Shown: positions 9,360-18,330 of the stretch, one piece after another
How positions within the stretch are numbered: position 1 is the stretch's first letter
Layout: each line of letters begins with the position of its first letter
NCBI GenBank assembly: GCA_937863685.1
Contig: CALMGM010000012.1
Location: forward strand, 1,816-65,815
From: an uncultured bacterium
GTDB lineage: Bacteria; Edwardsbacteria; AC1; EtOH8
Length of the DNA: 64,000 nucleotides
Reading direction: 5' to 3'
Notes under the pieces: model-generated
Seen by the model: the letters and a program-made list of their open reading frames with translations, nothing else
The model's database searches: none
Told to the model about the DNA's origin: nothing
Program-made: the position numbers and the translations under genes

Positions 9360-9866
9360 ATGAAAGAGGTAGTTGATTGGTTCCAATTGCATTCGGCAAT
9401 TATCCAAGCCTTTTCAAGTGTGATTATAGTTTTTGTTACCTGGCATTATGTTCGACTTACAAAATATCTAGCCTACAGTCAAGATGAACCGTATGTTTTG
9501 GCAAAATTGACATATAATATGAAGAAAATGCCAGCTATCTTATCTATTGGAATTAATAATCTTGGGGTGCGTCCAGCGTTAGCAGTTTTTGTGGAAATAA
9601 TATATCCTGACAAACGAAAACAATATTTTAAAGTAGAATATGTTATACCGGAAAAAGCTAATAAAACCAGCCGTATTAAGATTAATTGTACAGATGATAA
9701 CATCCCGCAACTTATAAATTTATTTTATTCATACGGTATTTATGTTGTGAAGATGGCGTATGATTTTAGAACAAATACACATAAATTATCGCGTCTTAAT
9801 TTGCTGAATAAAAAATGGTTTATCAATAAATCAAACAAATTATATTTTGAAAACCAAATTAATTAA
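9360..9866 (+). CDS. Hypothetical protein with an N-terminal transmembrane helix, encoded in a strongly AT-rich islet (GC below 30% by eye)
   Basis: A 168-aa ORF with Lys/Asn/Ile/Tyr-rich composition and one hydrophobic helix (AIIQAFSSVIIVFVTW). No recognisable domain. Confidence 0.45.
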   Translation: MKEVVDWFQLHSAIIQAFSSVIIVFVTWHYVRLTKYLAYSQDEPYVLAKLTYNMKKMPAILSIGINNLGVRPALAVFVEIIYPDKRKQYFKVEYVIPEKANKTSRIKINCTDDNIPQLINLFYSYGIYVVKMAYDFRTNTHKLSRLNLLNKKWFINKSNKLYFENQIN

Positions 9867-9867
9867 A

Positions 9868-12315
9868 ATGAAAAAATCATTTCTCACTCTCTTTATCCTC
9901 CTTCTCAATTTGCACCAAGCCTTCTGCCAGCAGGCATACCAAAAACCGCCTAAAGCAGTGCTGGATGTTCTGAACGCGCCGCTCTCGCCGACCGTGTTCA
10001 TAGACCCCACGGCCCGGAAGATGCTGCTGGCCCAGCCGTCGCTGTATCCTTCCATCGCTGACTTGGCCGAGCCTATCCTCAAGCTGGCCGGAGTCAGGGT
10101 CAATCCCCGCACCAACATGGAGCGGAGCTATATCTTCTACTGGGAGAGCCTGACCCTTAAGGATATAGCCACCGGAAAGGAAACCTCCATAGAATTGCCG
10201 CCCGAGGTCAAACGGATAGACGGCATTAAATGGAATGCCGCGGGCACCCTGGTTGCTTTTATCAACGAAAGCGACAGCGGGGTGGAGCTGTGGGTGCTGG
10301 ATGCGGGCACCTTCCAGGCGAAGAAGATCGAAGAAATAAGGATAAACCCCCTGCTGGATAATTACCTGAAATGGATGCCGGACCAGCAGAGCCTGCTGGT
10401 CAAGACCATTCCACAGGCCAGAGGTTTGCCGCCCAAGACTGAAGCGGTTCCTCCGGGGCCCAAGATAATGGAGAGTTCCGGTTCGGCAATCGCCAGCAGC
10501 ACCTACGAAGCCAGGGATGTGCTGAAAACCCCGGGCGATGCCGATCTGTTCGATTATTATGCTACTTCCCAGATGGCATTGATCAGCCTGCCTTCTGGCA
10601 AGGTTCAATTTATAGGCAAACCGTCCATCTACGATGCAGTGGAACCTTCGCCGGACGGAAAATATCTGCTGGTCAATTGGATCCACCGGCCATATTCCTA
10701 TCAGCGTTCCTACGAACGCTTTCCCCGCGAGGTGGAGATATGGTCAGCCGATGGGGAAATGATAGAACATCTGGCCAGCCAGCCGCTGGCCGAGCAAGTA
10801 CCGATCGACGGCGAGATCATCGGGCCCCGGGAGTATGCCTGGCGGCCCACCGCCGACGCCACGGTGATCTGGGCCGAGGCCCTGGACGGGGGAGACCCGG
10901 CCAATAAGGCGCCGCATCGCGACCGCCTGATGCAAAAAAACATCGGCCAGCCTCCTGGGGAATTGTGCCGAATTGAAAATCGCTATTACAAGATGCGCTG
11001 GATACAAGATAGCGGACAGGTCTTGATCTGGGAATATGACCGGGATCGCAAATGGTTCAAGGTATATTTGCACGATGCCGATGATGCCGTCCAGGCCCCG
11101 CACCTGGTGTGGGACATGAGCATCCATGAACGATATCAAAAACCCGGCGATCCGGTGATGATGATAATGCCAAACGGCGTTAACGTGGTCCGGCGGCAGG
11201 GGGATCGGGTATTCTTAAGCGGGCAGGGCAGCTCTCCCGAGGGAGACCGGCCATTCCTGGATAGGATGGATCTGAACACACTTGAAACGGAAAGGCTTTT
11301 CCGGTCTGATAAGAACTGTTATGAGACTTTCTTTGTCTGGATCGATCCCGCAAAAGGGGCATTTATCACCCGGCGGGAGTCACCCGCCGACCCGCCCAAT
11401 TATTTTCGGCGGACCCTGGGGAAAAAGCCTATGGTGAAATCAAAGCCGGGCGAGGCCACCTGGAGAGCTTCCTCTAAAGCCATAACCAAATTTCCCGACC
11501 CGGCCCCGGTATTGCGCAAGATAAAGAAGCAGATCGTCACCTATCAGCGGGATGACGGTCTGAAACTGTCCTTCACCCTTTACCTGCCGCCGGGATACAA
11601 AAAGGGGACCCGCCTGCCGACCCTGCTGTGGGCCTATCCCAGCGATCTGGCCCAAAAAGAGGTGGCCGGCCAGCTGGAGGGAAGCTCCCAGAGGTTCACC
11701 ACCATCCGGTGGACCTCGGAACTGTTCTTCCTGCTTAACGGGTATGCGGTGCTGGACGACGCCTCCATGCCGGTGGTCGGCCCGCCGGGCAGCGCCTATG
11801 ACCAATTCGTAGAGCAGATAAGCGCCAATGCCAAGGCGGCGGTGGATAAGGCCGTGGAGATGGGGGTAAGCGATCCAAACAGAGTGGGGGTGGCCGGGCA
11901 CAGCCACGGCGCGCTGATGACCGCCGACCTGCTGGCCTATACCGATATCTTCCGGGCCGGCATTGCCCGCAGCGGAGCCTATAATCACACCCTGCGGCCC
12001 TTCGGCTACCAGAACGAGAAGAGGACGCTGTGGCAGGCCAGGGATACCTATATCAAAAATTCTCCGGTGCTGCAGGCCGACAAGATCAACGAGCCGCTGC
12101 TGATCATCCACGGGGAGATTGACGCCAACCCCGGAACGGTACCCCTGCAGTCGGAAAAGCTGTATGATGCCGTCCGGGGAGCTGGCGGCACCGCCCGTCT
12201 GGTGATGCTGCCTTATGAGAATCATGGTTACATCGCCCGGGAATCGGTGGAGCACGTGCTTTACGAAATGCTGGACTGGTTCGACCGATATGTTAAGAAT
12301 GCCCCGGCCAGATAG
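9868..12315 (+). CDS. S9 (prolyl oligopeptidase family) serine peptidase with an N-terminal beta-propeller and a signal peptide
   Basis: GHSHGA nucleophile elbow, C-terminal Asp/His (IIHGEIDANPG, ENHGY) and a signal peptide MKKSFLTLFILLLNLHQAFC. The start is moved to the internal Met at 9868, which abuts the upstream stop. Confidence 0.8.
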   Translation: MKKSFLTLFILLLNLHQAFCQQAYQKPPKAVLDVLNAPLSPTVFIDPTARKMLLAQPSLYPSIADLAEPILKLAGVRVNPRTNMERSYIFYWESLTLKDIATGKETSIELPPEVKRIDGIKWNAAGTLVAFINESDSGVELWVLDAGTFQAKKIEEIRINPLLDNYLKWMPDQQSLLVKTIPQARGLPPKTEAVPPGPKIMESSGSAIASSTYEARDVLKTPGDADLFDYYATSQMALISLPSGKVQFIGKPSIYDAVEPSPDGKYLLVNWIHRPYSYQRSYERFPREVEIWSADGEMIEHLASQPLAEQVPIDGEIIGPREYAWRPTADATVIWAEALDGGDPANKAPHRDRLMQKNIGQPPGELCRIENRYYKMRWIQDSGQVLIWEYDRDRKWFKVYLHDADDAVQAPHLVWDMSIHERYQKPGDPVMMIMPNGVNVVRRQGDRVFLSGQGSSPEGDRPFLDRMDLNTLETERLFRSDKNCYETFFVWIDPAKGAFITRRESPADPPNYFRRTLGKKPMVKSKPGEATWRASSKAITKFPDPAPVLRKIKKQIVTYQRDDGLKLSFTLYLPPGYKKGTRLPTLLWAYPSDLAQKEVAGQLEGSSQRFTTIRWTSELFFLLNGYAVLDDASMPVVGPPGSAYDQFVEQISANAKAAVDKAVEMGVSDPNRVGVAGHSHGALMTADLLAYTDIFRAGIARSGAYNHTLRPFGYQNEKRTLWQARDTYIKNSPVLQADKINEPLLIIHGEIDANPGTVPLQSEKLYDAVRGAGGTARLVMLPYENHGYIARESVEHVLYEMLDWFDRYVKNAPAR

Positions 12316-12326
12316 GCCTCCGACCC

Positions 12327-12355
12327 TGTCATTCCAGCGCAGGCTGGAATCCAGG
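12327..12355. repeat. Solitary copy of the palindromic repeat core (TGTCATTCCAGCGCAGGCTGGAATCCAGG)
   Basis: A perfect hairpin cattccagc/gctggaatg, same family as at 8999. Confidence 0.5.
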
Positions 12356-12498
12356 CCAAGATGCCCGCCCTCCGAACGTTAACGATGATAAATTTCACGG
12401 GCATGAAAAAAAAGACGCACATAAAACGGATAAGGATTAGTGATCTATCTGAAAGGGACTCTTTATAATAACGTTTAATACAAGGTAGAATTGGAATC

Positions 12499-12888
12499 AT
12501 GAAAAACAAAGCCCCGGTGAAATTCTCGGGCATGGGCGAGATCCGGATGGGATCTCCCTACAAAGCGGGCAAGGTCAAAGTGGACGGTTTCGATCATCCC
12601 TACCTGAACCAGGTTGATTTCCAGGACCGTTATGCCTACGATCCATCAAAACAGCGGCTGATCCTGGTGCGCTGGGATCCGGGATACAACTTCCCCGGAT
12701 TTTACCTGCTGATGCTGGACCTCAAAAAACAGAGGATCTTCCGGTCGCCCACCATCTTTGGCTGCTGCCGGTCACTGACCCTGGAGGAGGGGGGAGTGAT
12801 CATGGATATCTTCGACCGGGGAAACATCATCACCAAGACCTTCAAACTGGCGATGATCAATCAGCACCTCACTCATGATCCCTGCTGA
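12499..12888 (+). CDS. Hypothetical protein (129 aa)
   Basis: ORF with GC-rich codon usage matching its neighbours. No recognisable domain. Confidence 0.4.
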   Translation: MKNKAPVKFSGMGEIRMGSPYKAGKVKVDGFDHPYLNQVDFQDRYAYDPSKQRLILVRWDPGYNFPGFYLLMLDLKKQRIFRSPTIFGCCRSLTLEEGGVIMDIFDRGNIITKTFKLAMINQHLTHDPC

Positions 12889-12905
12889 AAAACAGAACCC
12901 GGACG

Positions 12906-13535
12906 ATGAGACAAAAGCTTAATCAGAGATTGCGCTGTCCGGACTGCCGGATGCACCTGGAGTTGTGTGTCTGCCAGCTTTCCCCCCGCCTGGATTTGAA
13001 GACCAGAGTGGAGGTGGTGATCCATTATGCCGACATCCGCAAGATGAGCAATAGCGGAAGGCTGGTCGAACTGGCCCTTAAAAACAGCGCCGTTCACATC
13101 CGGGGCCTTAAGGACAAATTAGTGGAAGTGGTCCCGGATAAAAAATATCAAACCGACCTGGTGCTTTTCCCGGGACATGGATCGGTGGAGTTGAATGAGA
13201 AGTTTCTATCCACAATAGCGCGTCCCCTTCGCCTGCTCATCCCGGACGGCAACTGGAACCAGGCCTCCAGCATGGTCAAACGCGAACCGCTGATGCAAGC
13301 GGCCGTCAAGGTGCATCTTCCGGCCGGCATCCAGGCAAAATACCGGATACGCTCGCAGGAAGACCCTTTTAAATTGTGCACCTTCGAGGCCATCATTCGG
13401 GCTTTGGGGGTGATCGAGGGAGATCAAGTGGAGGAGAAGCTGGACCCTTTCTTTCGAGTGTGGATATACCGCAGCCTGTATATCAAGGGCCGTATCGCCA
13501 AGGCCGACATGCCTGAGGGGATGCTGGTGGCATAA
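12906..13535 (+). CDS. DTW domain protein (tRNA uridine aminocarboxypropyltransferase TapT/TuaA-like)
   Basis: N-terminal cysteine cluster CPDCRMHLELCVCQ and a DGNW motif where DTW is expected. ~210 aa. Confidence 0.55.
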   Translation: MRQKLNQRLRCPDCRMHLELCVCQLSPRLDLKTRVEVVIHYADIRKMSNSGRLVELALKNSAVHIRGLKDKLVEVVPDKKYQTDLVLFPGHGSVELNEKFLSTIARPLRLLIPDGNWNQASSMVKREPLMQAAVKVHLPAGIQAKYRIRSQEDPFKLCTFEAIIRALGVIEGDQVEEKLDPFFRVWIYRSLYIKGRIAKADMPEGMLVA

Positions 13536-13664
13536 AGAGGTTTGCTTCCCCGCGAAACACAAGACCTGTCCGCCTTTGTTTGCCCCCTTGCTAATGGCGG
13601 AAAATTCACGAAAGGGTTTTTACCGCAGAGACGCGGAGAATGAATCACTCAACGTATGCCTGCC

Positions 13665-13785
13665 TGTCATTCCAGTATTTCATTGCATTCAGTGTAAACT
13701 CCGGCAGGAATCCAGCCACGATGATAAAGATCAATGTCATCCTGATGACACTTACAAACGTGGCTGGGCGTAGGATGACATTGCG
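13665..13785. repeat. Two adjacent palindromic repeat modules: TGTCATTCC..GGAATCC and the TGTCATCCTGATGACA..TAGGATGACAT variant
   Basis: 13665-13716 is about 90% identical to the reverse complement of 35318-35367. 13735-13785 carries an inverted repeat of gtcatcct. Confidence 0.5.
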
Positions 13786-13840
13786 GTCACCCGTTCGGCT
13801 TGCCGGATGGTTGCTGAGCGCAGGGTGACGGAATTACTTC

Positions 13841-13868
13841 CCCGGCCTGATCGGCCGGGTTTTGTTTT
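13841..13868 (+). terminator. Hairpin plus T-tract (cccggcc-tgat-cggccggg-ttttgtttt)
   Basis: A GC-rich stem followed by a T-rich run. It lies ~300 bp downstream of the DTW gene, upstream of trmFO. Confidence 0.35.
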
Positions 13869-13908
13869 GACTTGATTTTTAAGGGCCATTTGGTGTATCC
13901 TTAAAAAT

Positions 13909-15252
13909 ATGATTAAGCGAGCGGGCGAGATCACCATCATTGGCGGCGGGTTGGCCGGCTGTGAGGCGGCTTATCAGGCCGCTAAAAGGGGCCTGGCCGT
14001 TGATCTTTACGAAATGCGCTATACCGGCAATGACCAGTCTTCCGAACTGCATACCCCGGCCCATGAAACCGGCCTGCTGGCGGAGCTGGTCTGCAGCAAT
14101 TCCCTGAAATCAGTTGAAAAGACCAACGCCCACGGCTTACTCAAGACCGAACTGGAGATGATGGATTCCCTGATCCTGCGCTGCGCCACAGAGACCGCTG
14201 TGCCGGCCGGCAAGGCCCTGGCGGTGGACCGGATGGGATTTGCCAGACTGGTCACGGCCAGGATCGCCTCGGACAAGCACATCACGATCATCGGCCGGGA
14301 GCTGACCGAGCTGCCTGAGGGCCCGCTGATCGTGGCCTCCGGGCCGCTGACATCGGAAAAGTTATCCCAGGCCTTAGCGCAGTTTGCCGGAGGTGAAAAT
14401 CTTTTCTTTTACGATGCCATCGCGCCGGTGATATCGGCCGAATCGCTGGACCATAAAAAGATGTTCCGGGCCAGCCGTTATTCCGACGAGCCGGGCCAGT
14501 ATTGGAACTGTCCACTTAGCAAGGCCCAATACCTGGAATTCGTGGAGCAGTTAGTGAAGGCCGAACGGCACCTGCCGCACGATTTCGAAAAGGGGCATTT
14601 TTACGAGGGATGTCTGCCGGTGGAGGTAATGGCAGAGCGGAACGTCAATTCCCTGCGTTTCGGCATGATGAAGCCGGTGGGGCTTTTCGATCCGTCCGAG
14701 AACCGCCGGCCCTATGCCGTTCTCCAGCTGAGGCAGGAGAACAAAGAGGGCAACATGCTCAATCTGGTGGGCTTCCAGACCCAGCTGACCCAGTCCGAAC
14801 AGCGGCGGGTCTTCCGGATGATCCCCGCCCTGGAGCAGGCCGAGTTCTACCGCTACGGCAGCATCCACCGCAACACCTATCTGAGAAGCCCGGGATTGAT
14901 CAAGCCGTCCATGCAGTCCAAATCAAACGGCAAGATATTTTTTGCCGGGCAGATCACCGGGGTGGAGGGATACGTGGAATCGTCGGCCATGGGGTTGCTG
15001 GCCGGGATAAATGCCGTCAGGTTTTGTCTCGGGAAAGATTTGATCTCGGCCCCGGAGCATACCATGATCGGCTCGCTGGCCCGTTATGTTTCTGATGCGG
15101 AGAACGGACAGGATTTCCAGCCCATGAACGCCAACTTCGGGCTGCTGCCGCCGCTGGATGATCCTTTTCGGTCAAAGAAGGAACGATACGCTGCCTATGC
15201 CGAACGTTCTTTAAAGGCCCTGGAAGATTTCATCGGTATTGCAAATCGTTGA
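13909..15252 (+). CDS. trmFO: Methylenetetrahydrofolate--tRNA-(uracil54-C5)-methyltransferase TrmFO
   Basis: IIGGGLAGCEAAYQAA FAD-binding N-terminus and TrmFO/Gid-like overall conservation. 447 aa. Confidence 0.85.
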   Translation: MIKRAGEITIIGGGLAGCEAAYQAAKRGLAVDLYEMRYTGNDQSSELHTPAHETGLLAELVCSNSLKSVEKTNAHGLLKTELEMMDSLILRCATETAVPAGKALAVDRMGFARLVTARIASDKHITIIGRELTELPEGPLIVASGPLTSEKLSQALAQFAGGENLFFYDAIAPVISAESLDHKKMFRASRYSDEPGQYWNCPLSKAQYLEFVEQLVKAERHLPHDFEKGHFYEGCLPVEVMAERNVNSLRFGMMKPVGLFDPSENRRPYAVLQLRQENKEGNMLNLVGFQTQLTQSEQRRVFRMIPALEQAEFYRYGSIHRNTYLRSPGLIKPSMQSKSNGKIFFAGQITGVEGYVESSAMGLLAGINAVRFCLGKDLISAPEHTMIGSLARYVSDAENGQDFQPMNANFGLLPPLDDPFRSKKERYAAYAERSLKALEDFIGIANR

Positions 15253-16172
15253 TCAAGGAGAAAGGCATGGAATACGGGAAGATAATCAAACAGGCCCTGG
15301 AGATAGCTTGGCACAAGAAATACCTGTGGGTGTTCGGCTTTTTCGCCTCGATGGGCGGGGGAGGCGGGGGGAATTACAATAATTTCATTGACAAGGACGA
15401 TGCCTCCGGCGTGGTTTCAGGCGTTTGGGACTGGATAACGTCCCATCCCGGTTTGGTGGCGGTGCTGATATTGGCGGCCGTCGGACTGTTCGTCGTTCTG
15501 ATGGTCCTGTATCTGGTCTCCAAGGGCGGTTTGATCGGGTCCGTCAGCCGGATATCAAAAGGGCAGCCCGATAATTTTGAAAAGACATTGGGCTGCGGAT
15601 TGCAGTTCTTCTGGCGGATGCTGGGGATCGACATCCTGTTCGGGCTGTCCTATATCCTGATATTGGGTCTGGTTATTCTCCCGCCGGTGATGATGATCAT
15701 AATGGGCGGAAACGCGGCCAAGATCTTTGGAGTACTGCTGATCATACTGCTGATCCTGCCGGTGATCGCCCTGCTGTACTGCATCGCCCTAATCGGCAAC
15801 TTCAGCTATCAGATAGCCGTCATCGAGGATAAGAAGGTCTTCGATGCCATTCCCGCCGGCTACGCCTTGTTCAAAGATAATCTGGGAAGGTCGGTTCTTC
15901 TCGGTCTGATAATCACCGGCATAGCCATGCTGTATGTCATAGCCTTTATCATTGCCATGGTGATCCTGGCCATTCCGTTCATCATTCTGGGGGTGGCAAA
16001 TATCTGGGCCGGACTGATCCCGGGTATACTGATCGGGCTTCTTCTGATCCTGATAGTCAACGGCATCTTTGGCACTTTCAGCAGCGGGTACTGGACCCTG
16101 GCCTACCATGAACTGTCGGCTCCGAAGAGTGCTGAGCCCAAAGCCGAACCATCGATTGTGCCCGATGCCTGA
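15249..16172 (+). CDS. Polytopic membrane protein of unknown function
   Basis: At least six hydrophobic helices and a Gly-rich linker (GGGGGNYNN). No recognisable domain. Confidence 0.5.
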   Translation: MIKEKGMEYGKIIKQALEIAWHKKYLWVFGFFASMGGGGGGNYNNFIDKDDASGVVSGVWDWITSHPGLVAVLILAAVGLFVVLMVLYLVSKGGLIGSVSRISKGQPDNFEKTLGCGLQFFWRMLGIDILFGLSYILILGLVILPPVMMIIMGGNAAKIFGVLLIILLILPVIALLYCIALIGNFSYQIAVIEDKKVFDAIPAGYALFKDNLGRSVLLGLIITGIAMLYVIAFIIAMVILAIPFIILGVANIWAGLIPGILIGLLLILIVNGIFGTFSSGYWTLAYHELSAPKSAEPKAEPSIVPDA

Positions 16173-17142
16173 CAAAAGGCTTAAAATATTGGTGGTCCGC
16201 CAGGACCGTCTGGGAGATGCCATTAATGCCGTTCCGGTCCTGAAGGCCCTCCGGAAGGCCGAGCCGGAGGCGTTCATCTCTTTCATGGTGGCCCAGCCGC
16301 TGGCCGAACTGTTCACCGGCCAGCCCTGTCTGGACGAAGTGGCATCCTGGGGGAGGAACTTTTTTTGTCTGATCTATTTCCTGCGGCAGGGAAGCTATGA
16401 TACGGTGCTGATGCTGCAGCCCTCAAAACTTTTGGCTTGGGCGGCATTCTTTGCCGGGGTCAAACAGAAGGCCGGGCTGGGGTTCCGGCCGTATTATGTT
16501 TTGACCGGATTCAAACCGGCACATATTCCTCAAAATGATAAGGATGTTCATGAAACGGAGTATAATCTCTCGGTAGCCCGGCAGCTTTGGGATCTGCCGG
16601 AGGAGATCCATCTGCCCCAGATATTCTTGAGCGAACAGGAAATGTCAGATGCCCAAAATATCCTATTGTCCATGAATGTCCACAATCCCATAGCTGTACT
16701 TCCTGCGAACAGAGGTTCCTCGGCCAACTGGACCCCGGAACGATATCGCGAACTGGTCAAAAAACTAGCGGAAGCCAAACGGGAGGTTCTGATCCTGGGC
16801 GGGCCGGGAGAGGAAGATATTCTCAACCAAGTCAAAGGCGCAACCAAGATACCCATTGCCGGGCCGGAGCTGACATTGCGGCGGCTGGCTGCAATTTTGG
16901 CAAATTGCCGGCAGGTGGTTGGCAGCAGCACCGGCACCCTGCACCTGGCCGCGGCGGCGGGGGCAAAAACGGTGGGGTTGTTTTGCCCGGCGCAGGCCAG
17001 CAGCCCGAAACGCTGGAGGCCGCTGGGGGAGGGACATGTTCAGTTGGTGCCGGAGGAAGAATACTGCCGAAGCTGTAGGCCCCATGCCAAATGCGATCTA
17101 GGGGGAATAACGATAGAAAGAGTTTTGCAAAATATAAAATGA
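16165..17142 (+). CDS. Glycosyltransferase family 9 (ADP-heptose:LPS heptosyltransferase-like)
   Basis: ILVVRQDRLGDAINAVP N-terminal motif, GT-B architecture and the C-terminal GT9 region. The start is set to Met33, giving an ATGCCTGA overlap with the upstream stop. Confidence 0.75.
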   Translation: MPDKRLKILVVRQDRLGDAINAVPVLKALRKAEPEAFISFMVAQPLAELFTGQPCLDEVASWGRNFFCLIYFLRQGSYDTVLMLQPSKLLAWAAFFAGVKQKAGLGFRPYYVLTGFKPAHIPQNDKDVHETEYNLSVARQLWDLPEEIHLPQIFLSEQEMSDAQNILLSMNVHNPIAVLPANRGSSANWTPERYRELVKKLAEAKREVLILGGPGEEDILNQVKGATKIPIAGPELTLRRLAAILANCRQVVGSSTGTLHLAAAAGAKTVGLFCPAQASSPKRWRPLGEGHVQLVPEEEYCRSCRPHAKCDLGGITIERVLQNIK

Positions 17143-18122
17143 ATAAGTATCTGCTCATCCGCCTTGGCGCCATCGGCGACATTGTGCTGGCCACCGCCGC
17201 CATAGAGGCCATCTCCCAAGCCGAACCTGACTCGCAGATAGACCTCGTCTGCAAGGCCAGGTTTGCCGGGCTTTTAAAGGGCCACCCCAAACTGGCCAAC
17301 GTTTACGGCTTTGACGAAACCGGCCGGCACCAGGGCCTGCGGGGGCTGCTGCTGTTCATTCACGAACTGAGCGCCAAGAAATACAACTTGATCATAGACC
17401 TGCAGAACAACCCGCGCAGCCGGATGATCGCCCTTTGCCTTAACGCCGGGAAAAAGATCCACTGGCCCAAGGACACCTGGCGCCGCCGGATGCTAGTTTG
17501 GGGACAAGGCAAAACCAAGCCTTTTAAAACTGTGATCCAGCGCTATCTGGCGGCGGTGGAGAAAGCCGGAATCAAACAACCAGAGGCCAAGCCCAAGCTG
17601 TATCCGGCGGCCGATGCTTCGATCAAACTGCCGCAGGGAGAGTTCATTGCCATAGCGCCGGGGGCGCACTGGCCAACCAAGAGATGGACGGGATACTCTG
17701 AGCTGATTGCAAAATTTAAAAATGCAAACTTCAATATTGTTATTGTCGGAGATAAAAGCGATAAGTCTATTGCTGATGAAATAACTGCGGCGGCGGGGGT
17801 CGAGATCATCAACCTATGCGGGCAGTTGGATCTGGCCCAATTATCTTATGTTCTGTCCCAGGCAAAACTGCTGGTCACCAACGACACCGGGGCCATGCAT
17901 ATCGCCGAGGCGATGGGCACGCCGGTGATTGCCATCTTCGGGCCGACGATAAAACAATTCGGCTTTGCCCCCTGGCGATCCGAAAGCAGGGTCATCGAAA
18001 CCGAACTAGTCTGTCGGCCATGTTCATTGCATGGTTCCAAACAATGCCCCAAGGAACACTTCAGCTGCATGAAACACATCACTGCTGAACAGGTATTTAC
18101 GGAGATAAAAAGCATAGGATAA
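17139..18122 (+). CDS. Glycosyltransferase family 9 (heptosyltransferase-like), second of three in tandem
   Basis: YLLIRLGAIGDIVLATA N-terminal motif and the GT9 C-terminal region. The start is set to the internal Met. Confidence 0.75.
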   Translation: MNKYLLIRLGAIGDIVLATAAIEAISQAEPDSQIDLVCKARFAGLLKGHPKLANVYGFDETGRHQGLRGLLLFIHELSAKKYNLIIDLQNNPRSRMIALCLNAGKKIHWPKDTWRRRMLVWGQGKTKPFKTVIQRYLAAVEKAGIKQPEAKPKLYPAADASIKLPQGEFIAIAPGAHWPTKRWTGYSELIAKFKNANFNIVIVGDKSDKSIADEITAAAGVEIINLCGQLDLAQLSYVLSQAKLLVTNDTGAMHIAEAMGTPVIAIFGPTIKQFGFAPWRSESRVIETELVCRPCSLHGSKQCPKEHFSCMKHITAEQVFTEIKSIG

Positions 18123-18159
18123 CTTAACGAACCGCGAAGACGATAGTGGGGCACCGACC

Positions 18160-18285
18160 TAACCCCTGCCCACTTCGTTTGCGATATTATTTGCCTTTCT
18201 CAGTGCAGGCTCTTCCCCGCAGGGGAAGGGGAGATGGCATCCCCCTCCTTGCGGGAGGGGGAACGAGGGGGCGGTCGGTAACCAT
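18160..18285. repeat. Intergenic repeat module (CCCCTGCCCACTTCG .. TCTCAGTGCAGGCTCT .. G-rich hairpins), related in reverse orientation to 35392-35527
   Basis: Blocks cgaagtgggcagggg and cctgcactgagaaa recur as the reverse complement at 35392-35450. tctcagtgcaggctct recurs at 35602. Confidence 0.5.
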
Positions 18286-18330
18286 GGTAATATCTTTCGC
18301 ATCTTTACGGTTTTTTAATAATTAAGAATT

